Source of the DNA: a bacterium
GTDB taxonomy: Bacteria; SAR324; NAC60-12
NCBI GenBank assembly: GCA_965233585.1
Contig: CBDDTI010000745.1
Span: 64,001 to 128,000, forward strand
Reading direction: 5' to 3'
Length of the DNA: 64,000 bases
Shown: piece after piece, positions 9,145 through 17,668 of the stretch
Numbering within the stretch: the stretch's first letter is position 1
How the letters are laid out: each line of letters opens with the position of its first letter
Notes under the pieces: model-generated
Told to the model about the DNA's origin: nothing
The model's database searches: none
The model's input: the letters and a program-made list of their open reading frames with translations, nothing else
Translations under genes and position numbers: made by a program

Positions 9145-10326
9145 ATGCGTTTTCTGCTCAAATTCTGTTTATTATTGACTCTTTTGACATTTTTAGGATA
9201 TTGGAGTTTTCTCAATCAACGTACGGTGGCACTCGGAGTGATAGGAGACCACACTTTACATCTGCCCCTTTGGTTGATTGTCATCTCTGGCTTTCTTTCA
9301 GGCTTCTTTTTGTGTTGGATTCTCAATGTTTGGAGAATGCCTTCCCGCTTCCTTCAAAACTGGAGGCAAAGGCAACTTGCCAAAAAATCTTTGCAAGAGT
9401 CAGATTTGTTGCAATCGTTAAGGCAAGCCTGTTTGTCTGGTGATGTGCGTACGGCAAAAAGAATTGGGTCAAGGTTTCACATTCAAAAATTGCCGCTGAT
9501 GTCTCGTACGTGGCTGCTTGACGTTCGCTTTGCCTTTGAACCTGCTCACAGCATCTTTGCAGAGTACAGAGCCTTGCGTCAGCAGTTTCCCAATCATTTG
9601 GAAGTGTTATTGCCTTATCAGCGGCTTGCTTTACAGCTCAAGGATTGGAGTTTAGCCAAAATTCTGGGGCGTGAGATTTTGGAAATTGAGCCGAAGCATC
9701 CGCAGGCTTTACAAGGTCTTGCTCAGGCGGCAAGGTCTTGTGGGAATTGGCACGAGGCAGAGTCTTGGTATCAGCAGTTGTTGGCACATTATCCTGATGG
9801 TGCATTGGCAGAGCTTGTGCGTCCTTTGTATGAAGATTGTTTGGAGAAGCTTTTGGAGCATTCTATTTTGCCAAATCGTCAAGAAGGGGTTCTGGTTCAA
9901 ACACCTTCCTTTTCCAAGATTCAAGCAAGACAGGAGTTAGCCAATCAAAATTTTTTAAAGGCGGCAAAAATTCTGCAAGAGGCATACTATCAAACCCTTT
10001 CGCCAAGTTTGTTGTCAGAGCTGGAGGAGGTGTTTTTTCAGTCAGGAGAACATCAGAAGATTCAAAAAATCCTTGAGACTATTTTCAAAAAATTGCCTTC
10101 TATTGCAACCAAACTCTCATCAGCAAGACTACTCTTTCGCCAAAAACAGCTTCATGCAGCTCAAGCTGTTTTGCATGAAGTCAAAGACCAGTATGCAAAC
10201 CTTGCCAAAGAATATTATGAACTTTGCTACAAGATTTCATTACATCTTGACGATTCACAAGGTGCGTTAGAGGCGGCAAATCATTTGTTGAACCCACCAC
10301 CTGCATTAACCTACCATGCTGTTTGA
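9145..10326 (+). CDS. Membrane-anchored TPR protein with LapA-like N-terminal TM hairpin
   Basis: ATG at 9145 just after the rlmH stop; TM-NQRTV...LPLWLIVISGFLSG pattern, then TPR-like helices (EIEPKHPQALQGLA). Confidence 0.6.
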   Translation: MRFLLKFCLLLTLLTFLGYWSFLNQRTVALGVIGDHTLHLPLWLIVISGFLSGFFLCWILNVWRMPSRFLQNWRQRQLAKKSLQESDLLQSLRQACLSGDVRTAKRIGSRFHIQKLPLMSRTWLLDVRFAFEPAHSIFAEYRALRQQFPNHLEVLLPYQRLALQLKDWSLAKILGREILEIEPKHPQALQGLAQAARSCGNWHEAESWYQQLLAHYPDGALAELVRPLYEDCLEKLLEHSILPNRQEGVLVQTPSFSKIQARQELANQNFLKAAKILQEAYYQTLSPSLLSELEEVFFQSGEHQKIQKILETIFKKLPSIATKLSSARLLFRQKQLHAAQAVLHEVKDQYANLAKEYYELCYKISLHLDDSQGALEAANHLLNPPPALTYHAV

Positions 10327-10981
10327 TGAGGTCTGTCGTATCTTAAAAGAGTTTCAAATTAGCATCTCTCCACAGCAAAAAAAATCGTTACTTGCCTATC
10401 ATTCAACTCTTTTAGAATGGAACACGAAGGTCAATTTGATTTCTAGGAAGCATGAGTCATTATTTTGGGAGCAACACCTTTTGCATTCTTTATCACTTTT
10501 AGCATATTTCCCGATTGCTCAAGGTGCATCAGTTTGCGATTTTGGCACAGGTGGAGGTCTGCCCGGTCTTCCGATTGCCATCGTGCGTCCTGACTTGCAA
10601 ATGACTTTGTTGGACTCTATTCAAAAGAAAACAACAGTTTTAAAAGACATATTGCGAACACTGCATTTGCAGGGTCTTGGTTTGTTGAATGTTCAAGTGG
10701 CATCGGGTCGTGGGGAGGATTTGGGAAGGCAAAGTCAGTATGCTCGCAAATTTGATGTAATTTTGGCTCGCGCAGTGAGTTCCTTGAGCAACATAGAATT
10801 ATGGACAAGGCATTTACGCAAGCCTCATTCTACTATTTATGCTTACAAGGGGGGTGATTTAAGCCAAGAGATTCGTGAGTTGAGACAGCAAACCTCCCGC
10901 TTCAAAACCATTCAAGAACAATCTATTGAGTTTGCAATGTTTGCAGAAAGTGACAAAAAAATTGTGGCACTCCATTTTTAG
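10316..10981 (+). CDS. rsmG: 16S rRNA m7G527 methyltransferase
   Basis: WNTKVNLIS, HLLHSL, DFGTGGGLPGLPIAI, ARAV, YKG motifs. Confidence 0.93.
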   Translation: MLFDEVCRILKEFQISISPQQKKSLLAYHSTLLEWNTKVNLISRKHESLFWEQHLLHSLSLLAYFPIAQGASVCDFGTGGGLPGLPIAIVRPDLQMTLLDSIQKKTTVLKDILRTLHLQGLGLLNVQVASGRGEDLGRQSQYARKFDVILARAVSSLSNIELWTRHLRKPHSTIYAYKGGDLSQEIRELRQQTSRFKTIQEQSIEFAMFAESDKKIVALHF

Positions 10982-10994
10982 CTCATTTTAGTCC

Positions 10995-11339
10995 ATGAAC
11001 AGCATCGTTTTAAGTCTTATTTTCTTTGGGGTGTTTGGTGCGATTTGGGGAAGTTTTTTAAATGTTTGCATAGACCGTTTGTTGCACCATTCAAAGAACA
11101 CTTCCAAACGTGCGATGCCTGAAGGCTGTAGGTCCTTGATGATTCCCACACGTTCTTTTTGCTTTGCCTGTGGCAAAACGCTTGCGTGGTATGACAATAT
11201 TCCGATTGTCTCTTATGTCATTTTGTCTGGCAGATGTCGTCATTGCCTTGTTCCGTATGGAGTTCGTTCTTTATGGACTGAATTATGTTGCCTCTGCTTT
11301 TTTGCCATTTTTGGAACGTTTTTGACCCAAAACTTTTAA
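10995..11339 (+). CDS. Stand-alone N-terminal Zn-binding domain of prepilin peptidase (A24_N)
   Basis: GSFLNVCIDRL, RSFCFACGKTLAWYDNIPIVSY...GRCRHC; ends before the aspartic peptidase domain. Confidence 0.8.
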   Translation: MNSIVLSLIFFGVFGAIWGSFLNVCIDRLLHHSKNTSKRAMPEGCRSLMIPTRSFCFACGKTLAWYDNIPIVSYVILSGRCRHCLVPYGVRSLWTELCCLCFFAIFGTFLTQNF

Positions 11340-11346
11340 CGCTGTT

Positions 11347-12330
11347 ATGACCAAAACAGTTCTCATTCAGGTTGCGAAATTCTCTTTAGTTGGTGGGATT
11401 CTCTATTATTTGTATGCTACCGATAGGTTGAATTTAGAAAAACTCTTACTTTTAGCCCAGTCGGGTTTTTTATTGGTGGCAATTCTTGGCACTTTTTTAT
11501 TTGTGCTTTTGCCCCTCAATACACTGCGTTGGAGTCTTTTGCTAAAAGGGCTGGGGGTCAAGATTCCCTTCAAATCTGCATTTTTGCTCACATGGACAGG
11601 GTTCTTTTTTAACACGATTCTACCCGGTGCTGTCAGTGGAGATGTCGTGAAAGGGTATTACTTGGACAAAATGAAGTTGGGCATGAGTAAAACAGAGCTT
11701 GTCGTGTCGCTGGTCATTGATCGTTTAGTGGGGCTTTTTGGGTTAATTTTTATTGGAATGATTGGCTTACTTTCTAACTTGGAATGGATTCAATCAGACG
11801 TTGCTTTGATGAAACTTGGGGCAATTTTGGTGTTTTTGTTTGCAGGCACTTTGACTTTTTATGCGGTGATTCTCATGCCTTCTTTGAGGAAAAATCGGCA
11901 TCGCAAAGTTGTCAAATATTTAACAATGTTGCCCATGCCTAAGTTTTTAAAAAAGGTCTATCTGGCTTTCAAAAAATACGAACATCACAAAAGCATCTTA
12001 CTTTACACATTACTGCTTTCTATTGGCATTCATCTCATCACGTCTTTAATCTTTATCTATCTTGCAAGGGAGATAGGAATTTTGATTCAGTTAAGCTCCC
12101 AAATGACTTTGATGCCTCTGGGACTGATTACTATTAGTCTTCCCATTGCCCCTGCTGGAATTGGGGTTGGGCATATTGCATTTGAGACACTTTATTCACT
12201 GGCAGGCAGTCGTGGCGGTGCAGATGTCTTTAACTTATTTGTGGCAACACAGGTCAGCATTTATCTTTTAGGATTCATTCCCTATCTTTTGCTCAGCCGT
12301 CTTTATCCTAAAAATCAAACAACACTATGA
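11347..12330 (+). CDS. Lysylphosphatidylglycerol synthase TM / UPF0104 flippase-like membrane protein
   Basis: RW..LL, FFNTILPGAVSGDVVK, DRLVG, LPIAPAGIG motifs; multiple TM segments. Confidence 0.8.
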   Translation: MTKTVLIQVAKFSLVGGILYYLYATDRLNLEKLLLLAQSGFLLVAILGTFLFVLLPLNTLRWSLLLKGLGVKIPFKSAFLLTWTGFFFNTILPGAVSGDVVKGYYLDKMKLGMSKTELVVSLVIDRLVGLFGLIFIGMIGLLSNLEWIQSDVALMKLGAILVFLFAGTLTFYAVILMPSLRKNRHRKVVKYLTMLPMPKFLKKVYLAFKKYEHHKSILLYTLLLSIGIHLITSLIFIYLAREIGILIQLSSQMTLMPLGLITISLPIAPAGIGVGHIAFETLYSLAGSRGGADVFNLFVATQVSIYLLGFIPYLLLSRLYPKNQTTL

Positions 12331-12788
12331 AACTTGGAACATTAACTTATTTGGAACACCAAAATCAAACGTTGCTCCTGCATCGTCAAAAAGATGACGA
12401 ACATCAAGGACTTTGGCTTGCACCCGGTGGCAAGGTAGAACCTCACGAGTCTCCTTACGAGGCTGCCATTCGTGAAGTACAAGAAGAAACAGGCTTGCAT
12501 GTGTTGTCTATGACATTAAAAGGCATTCTGACCTTTCCTGATGAACACGGCAAGTCTCCTTTTGGCGATTTATGGCATGTCTTTGTGTTTCATTCTTCAA
12601 AATTTAGGGGCAGGCTTCAATCTTCATCAGAAGGTCAAGTTTGTTGGATTGATCTTGACAAACTGGAGCAACTTCCTATGTGGGAGGGAGATTATCTTTT
12701 CACCAAAAAAGTTTTTGAAGAATCCCTGTTTTTTGGAAAGTTTCAATACGAAGGCACGACTTTGTTAGAACAACAATTTTGGAGTTGA
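12327..12788 (+). CDS. NUDIX hydrolase, MutT/MutX-like 8-oxo-dGTPase
   Basis: Nudix box GGKVEPHESPYEAAIREVQEETG; C-terminal LPMWEGD. Confidence 0.85.
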   Translation: MKLGTLTYLEHQNQTLLLHRQKDDEHQGLWLAPGGKVEPHESPYEAAIREVQEETGLHVLSMTLKGILTFPDEHGKSPFGDLWHVFVFHSSKFRGRLQSSSEGQVCWIDLDKLEQLPMWEGDYLFTKKVFEESLFFGKFQYEGTTLLEQQFWS

Positions 12789-12834
12789 TGGATTAATTAT
12801 TGATTGATGAATCGGTCTTCTTTTTCCAGATGAC

Positions 12835-13143
12835 TCAACACCCTGACTTTCCTTGTTCCTTCATCAAGGCATCTTGACGAATTTTCTGAATGGCTCGTTT
12901 GTAGTTACTTTCTGGGAAAATTTCTTGCTGTCTTGTGTCTTGCACACTTGATTCTTTTTCAATTTGCAGATGACATGTTGCACAAAGCGGAATCAAATTT
13001 TCTTCATGATTATTCTTGGGGTTGCCGTCTATGTGATGCGTTTGCAACAAATCGCTTGAGGCACACCTCGCACACTTCCACCCAAATTTTTCTCTGATGA
13101 GTTTAGAAATCGTGTCCCATTCAGGGTGATAGCGATGATCCAT
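12835..13143 (-). CDS. Small HNH endonuclease-domain protein
   Basis: CARC...THHIDGNPKNN..ENLIPLCATCH. Confidence 0.85.
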   Translation of the reverse strand: MDHRYHPEWDTISKLIREKFGWKCARCASSDLLQTHHIDGNPKNNHEENLIPLCATCHLQIEKESSVQDTRQQEIFPESNYKRAIQKIRQDALMKEQGKSGC

Positions 13144-13248
13144 AAGACACTTTTTATAAAAATTTTTAAGGAAGTCTTTCAGAATGGACTGATTCTAGCA
13201 TAAGGGGCTTTTAAAAGCTATTTCACAGAGAAAAATGGAGAAAATAAG

Positions 13249-14439
13249 ATGGCACAAGAAGACAAAGACTTAGACTTAGACTCATTGGATTTAGATGCTG
13301 ATTTTGATGGGTTGGGAGATGATGACTTTTCTCTTGATGATTCAGGAGACGATGCCCTTGCAGGAGAAGATTTTAACTTTGAAGACTCTGATGAGACTGG
13401 TTTCAGTGTTGATGACCTTGACTTTCAAGAAGCAACAGACTCTGATGATGAAGGCTTAGAACCAGAGCCTTTTGGTTTAGGAGAAGATTTGGAAGAAGAT
13501 TTAGGGTCTTTTGATGATGGGTTGTCGCTTGATGACTTGGAAAGTGGCGATATGGAAGACGTTGGTGCTGAACCAGAGCTTTCTGCACAAGACGAAATTG
13601 GAGATTTTGAAGATGACTTTGCTCTGAATGATGAGGAAGGTGTTGATGAGTTTTCAATGGATGCCGAATCTTCTATACAAGAAGATGAGTTTTCAATGGA
13701 GACAGAGCTTGATGCAAGTGTAGAAGATGAGTTTGTGTCTGACGATCAAGTGATGGAGCTTTCAGAGGAAGACCAAGAACCTTTGCAGTTTGATTTGGCA
13801 GGAGAAGCTGACGAATTAGAGCAAGGTATAGAAGTAGAAAGTTTAGAAGAATTGGGAGATTTGTCTTTAGCTGATGACGAATCAACGCTTCTTCTTTCAA
13901 ATGAAGAAGTTGCAGATGAGTTTTTGGAAGATAGTGAGTCGTTGGGTTTTCAAGATGAACCTTTGGAAGATAGTGAGTCGTTGGGTTTTCAAGATGAACC
14001 TTTGGAAGAAGACGTTTTTAGCGTCGTACAAGAAGGTGGTTTGTTAGACTTAGATAGTCCTTTTGAAGAAGTCAGTGCAAATGACCTTGACCTTGATGAC
14101 CTTTCTTTGATTCCTGAGGAACTAGATGAACCCGCTACCATTGACCCAACACCAGGCTTAGGGCTTGCAACTGCCGAAGTTGAAGAGCGGTCTGAACAAA
14201 AAATTGCCCCAGAACTTTTGATGAGTTTGGAACACGAGATTTCCATAGAAGTAGGCAAAGCCACCTTGAAAGGCAATGAGATTGCAGACCTTTCTTATGG
14301 AAGCGTCATTCTTTTAGACAAGGAGGCAGGAGATGCAGTAGATTTAACCTTGAACGGACAAGTTCTTGCTCATGGTGAAGTGGTCTTGATTAATAATGAC
14401 AGGCTTGGGGTGCGTGTCATCGGTTTAAACGCAGGGTAA
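13249..14439 (+). CDS. fliN: FliN/SpoA-domain switch protein with very long acidic N-terminal extension
   Basis: C-terminal ~75 aa ISIEVG...GSVILLDKEAGDAVDLTLNGQVLAHGEVVLINNDRLGVRV; the preceding ~320 aa are D/E-rich low complexity. Confidence 0.7.
   Translation: MAQEDKDLDLDSLDLDADFDGLGDDDFSLDDSGDDALAGEDFNFEDSDETGFSVDDLDFQEATDSDDEGLEPEPFGLGEDLEEDLGSFDDGLSLDDLESGDMEDVGAEPELSAQDEIGDFEDDFALNDEEGVDEFSMDAESSIQEDEFSMETELDASVEDEFVSDDQVMELSEEDQEPLQFDLAGEADELEQGIEVESLEELGDLSLADDESTLLLSNEEVADEFLEDSESLGFQDEPLEDSESLGFQDEPLEEDVFSVVQEGGLLDLDSPFEEVSANDLDLDDLSLIPEELDEPATIDPTPGLGLATAEVEERSEQKIAPELLMSLEHEISIEVGKATLKGNEIADLSYGSVILLDKEAGDAVDLTLNGQVLAHGEVVLINNDRLGVRVIGLNAG
13924..14008 (+). repeat. 39-bp perfect in-frame tandem duplication (LEDSESLGFQDEP x2)
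   Basis: ttggaagatagtgagtcgttgggttttcaagatgaacct occurs twice in tandem. Confidence 0.9.
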
Positions 14440-14443
14440 ACCA

Positions 14444-15337
14444 ATGTTGTCCAATCAAAAATTTCAGTCCGTAGAGCCGTTCCAACTGGCACAATCCCAA
14501 ATCACTGTTGGCAAATTTCCAATCCTTGATGTCATCGCCAAACGTTGGGGACAGTTTGCTGAAAATACTGTTTATCAACAAACGGGGCTGGCATGTGATG
14601 TCTCTGCGTTTCCCGTAGCTCATCAAAGATTTGCAGATTATTTAGGAGACCATTCTGAACCAAGTCTGACTTATCTACTGGAATTGAACAACTCTGCTAA
14701 AGCCTTGTTTCACATAGAACATCAGCTCGTCAATGTTCTCAACTCCCATTCAAAAGTGTTGCGATTTGTCGGGTCGCTTCTGCTTGATTTTCAAAATTCG
14801 TGGTATGGCATCAGCACTCTTCACATCTCTGTTCAAAAGACGACCAAACGTGCAAAAATCATGTTGCCTTTTGAACACTGCTTGCGTTTCATTCTGGTCT
14901 TGGAGTTTGAGCATTCAAAAACTTTGATTGAATTTTGCTCACCTTATTCTGCCTTGGATTCTACTTTAAAATTAGACTCGTGCCGTTTATTACCCAGCTT
15001 GTCCATTCATCAAAAACAAAATGAACACCGTGCGAGGTTAGAACATCTTCTTGAAAACTGTCAGTACCCCATTCACGCAGAACTTGGATATGCTGTTTTG
15101 CCGAAAAAAGGCAACGCTTCCTATCTGAAAGTGGGAGACGTCTTGCCTGTTTATTCTGCAGTAGGAGACCAAGCGACTGTCAAGGTTGCTCAACAAGCAT
15201 CGTTTTCAGGCACTGTTGGAATGACTGAAAATCATTACTCTATTCGCTTGAATGCAAACTTCGTTGAAAAAGAACAAGAACATCGGACACGTCTCAAAAA
15301 ATTTGCCCCTGCTATTTGGCCCCAAGTTTCTGTTTGA
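14444..15337 (+). CDS. fliM: Divergent FliM-like flagellar switch protein
   Basis: GKFPILDVIAKRW, FADYL, PYSALD in the middle domain; C-terminal SpoA-like HAELG...LKVGDVL...FSGTVG. Confidence 0.55.
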   Translation: MLSNQKFQSVEPFQLAQSQITVGKFPILDVIAKRWGQFAENTVYQQTGLACDVSAFPVAHQRFADYLGDHSEPSLTYLLELNNSAKALFHIEHQLVNVLNSHSKVLRFVGSLLLDFQNSWYGISTLHISVQKTTKRAKIMLPFEHCLRFILVLEFEHSKTLIEFCSPYSALDSTLKLDSCRLLPSLSIHQKQNEHRARLEHLLENCQYPIHAELGYAVLPKKGNASYLKVGDVLPVYSAVGDQATVKVAQQASFSGTVGMTENHYSIRLNANFVEKEQEHRTRLKKFAPAIWPQVSV

Positions 15338-15393
15338 AAAAATTTCTCTCACATGAGAGAATGGAAGTTTTTGCTTAATTTTCCGAGTTCAAC

Positions 15394-15528
15394 ATGAAAC
15401 GCACTTATCAACCAAATAACCGTAGAAGAAAAAAGAAGCACGGATTCCGTGCGCGTATGGCAACACGTTTTGGAAGAGCCATTATTCGCCGCCGCCGTGC
15501 TAAAGGAAGAAAACGTCTGACAGTTTGA
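15394..15528 (+). CDS. rpmH: 50S ribosomal protein L34
   Basis: Manual translation [44 protein letters not shown]; below the ORF-track cutoff. Confidence 0.97.
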   Translation: MKRTYQPNNRRRKKKHGFRARMATRFGRAIIRRRRAKGRKRLTV

Positions 15529-15878
15529 TGCCCTCTTCCACATTCCCTAGATGTTTAAGACTGTCAGACAAGCAAGCCATTAGCCTGCTTTTTCAAAACG
15601 GGTCGTTTTTTCGTTTAGGTTGTTTTTCAGCCAAATGCCGTTTGACTCAACACCCTCACAGCCGTTTTTTAATCACAGCCAGCAAAGCATCGGGAAACTC
15701 TCCTCAGCGCAACCGCTTCAAAAGACTCATCAGGGAAGCTATCCGTTTGAATCAGCACCGTTTACAACAGAGCTACGATATTTGCGTCTTTATTAAAAAA
15801 AAGCCGACGTTTGCCTTGACGTTGCATTTTGTAGAGCGACAAATTTTATGGCTTTTTGACAAACTGAACGCTTTTTGA
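15528..15878 (+). CDS. rnpA: Ribonuclease P protein component
   Basis: RNRFKRLIREAIR motif; directly follows rpmH with stop/start overlap. Confidence 0.92.
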   Translation: MPSSTFPRCLRLSDKQAISLLFQNGSFFRLGCFSAKCRLTQHPHSRFLITASKASGNSPQRNRFKRLIREAIRLNQHRLQQSYDICVFIKKKPTFALTLHFVERQILWLFDKLNAF

Positions 15879-15895
15879 CTCTCTAAAAATCATCT

Positions 15896-17623
15896 ATGGA
15901 AAAAAACTCACTTTTAGCAATCGTTTTATCTGTTTTGGTCATTGTTGGTTGGAGCTGGTTATTTCCCCCACCACCCCCTGTTCCGACTGCCCCAACACCA
16001 CAGCAAAGCACCCAAAACCAGACTGCCTCAACCCAACCTACACCCCAGCAGGCACTGCCAACAACTTCAGAAACTGCACCCTTACCGAACTTAAATTTAT
16101 CCTCAAATCAAGCAGAAAACATTACGATTGAAACTGAGCAATACATTGCGACTTTGTCTTCCCAAGGTGGTGTGCTTTCCAGTTTGCTTTTAAAAAATTA
16201 TGAACATTTCAAAAAAAATACAGGATTAGCAAATTGGATTCCACAACTTGAGTGGGTGTTTGGTCAATCTTCTCCTGACTTTCAGACTTCACAAAATCGT
16301 GTGGAAATGGTCAAAAAGCATTTTGACATTCCAACTTTAGGCGTGATTTTCCCAGACTCTCCTGAACTGACAAGAGAATTTAATGCACTGCCTTTTTATA
16401 GCAATACCTCTACTGATGAGCTAAAAACTTCAGATTTTCCCAAACAAGTTGTATTGACCTCTCCTGTGCATCGTGGTTTGCAAGTGATGAAAACCCTCAC
16501 TTTTTCAGCAGACAATTTTATTCTGAATTATGACGTTGCAGTGATCAATCGTTCAGAACAAGCCCGTCCAACTCAAATCCGCTTACAATTAGGAGAGGGC
16601 AGAATCCCTGAACTTGCTAAAAACCGCCCCATTGGTTACACGCACATTGGTCCTATGTATCTCATGGAAGAGGTAGAAACCACAGATTTTGATGAGTTAG
16701 TCGTCAATGATTTTGCAGTGCCACTGCAAGCAAAGTGGTTTGGGTTGACTGACCAATACTTCATTTCTGTTGCCAAAGCATTGAGTCCTATTGAGGGGGG
16801 GGTATTTTCTGCAAAATCTTCATCGGGTCGGTTAGTCAGCGAAACAGAAGCCTATGTCGGTGCTAATTTGCCTGCTGTCATCATTCAACCCAACAAAATG
16901 GTAGAGGCAAAGTTTCTGCTGTATTATGGACCAAAGAACCAAGATGACATGCAAAGTTTTGGAGACAAGCTAGAGCTTTCAATGGATTTGACGCTTGAAG
17001 TGGTGGCAATGCCTTTGCTTCAGTTGCTTCTTTGGATTGAGTCTTATGTTCATAACTACGGTATTGCGATTATTTTATTGACTGTGATTGTGAGAGTGGT
17101 GCTGTTTCCTATTACCTATCGTGGTTCAAAAAACATGAAACGTATGCAACAGCTTCAACCCAAAATCACCAAATTAAGAGACCGCTACAAAGATAAAAAA
17201 GAAAAGCTGAATACAGAGATGATGAGCCTTTTTAAACGAAACAAGGTGAATCCTGTCAGTGGCTGTTTACCAATGCTTTTGCAAATCCCAATCTTTTTTG
17301 GGTTGTATAGTGCGTTGTCTAGTGCAGTAGAATTGAGACATGAGCCATTTTTCTTATGGATGCACGATTTGTCTGCCCCTGATGGCTTTGGTGTGCTTCC
17401 TGTGGCGATGGGAGTCAGCATGTATTTTATTCAACGTATGACCCCAACAGGCATGATGGATCCGATGCAAGTGAAGATGATGCGGCTGTTCCCTTTGATT
17501 TTTACCGTCTTCACTTTTGGCTTTCCTGCAGGACTCACGCTTTATTGGGTCACAAGTAACATTTTGTCCATTGGGCAACAGTATGTCATCAATCGCATCA
17601 AACTCCCTGATGCCAAAGACTGA
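15896..17623 (+). CDS. yidC: Membrane protein insertase YidC
   Basis: NYGIAIILLTVIVR, NPVSGCLPMLLQIPIFF, PAGLTLYWVTSN; rpmH-rnpA-yidC synteny. Confidence 0.95.
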   Translation: MEKNSLLAIVLSVLVIVGWSWLFPPPPPVPTAPTPQQSTQNQTASTQPTPQQALPTTSETAPLPNLNLSSNQAENITIETEQYIATLSSQGGVLSSLLLKNYEHFKKNTGLANWIPQLEWVFGQSSPDFQTSQNRVEMVKKHFDIPTLGVIFPDSPELTREFNALPFYSNTSTDELKTSDFPKQVVLTSPVHRGLQVMKTLTFSADNFILNYDVAVINRSEQARPTQIRLQLGEGRIPELAKNRPIGYTHIGPMYLMEEVETTDFDELVVNDFAVPLQAKWFGLTDQYFISVAKALSPIEGGVFSAKSSSGRLVSETEAYVGANLPAVIIQPNKMVEAKFLLYYGPKNQDDMQSFGDKLELSMDLTLEVVAMPLLQLLLWIESYVHNYGIAIILLTVIVRVVLFPITYRGSKNMKRMQQLQPKITKLRDRYKDKKEKLNTEMMSLFKRNKVNPVSGCLPMLLQIPIFFGLYSALSSAVELRHEPFFLWMHDLSAPDGFGVLPVAMGVSMYFIQRMTPTGMMDPMQVKMMRLFPLIFTVFTFGFPAGLTLYWVTSNILSIGQQYVINRIKLPDAKD

Positions 17624-17668
17624 TTGGGTTAAAGGTCTGTCGCTCATTCTCATTCAATATGAGCATTT

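Noticed and set aside
12835..13143. HNH protein as a CRISPR effector or mobile element
   Set aside because: It is 10 kb from the array, only 102 aa, and has no flanking repeats or RNA-like region.
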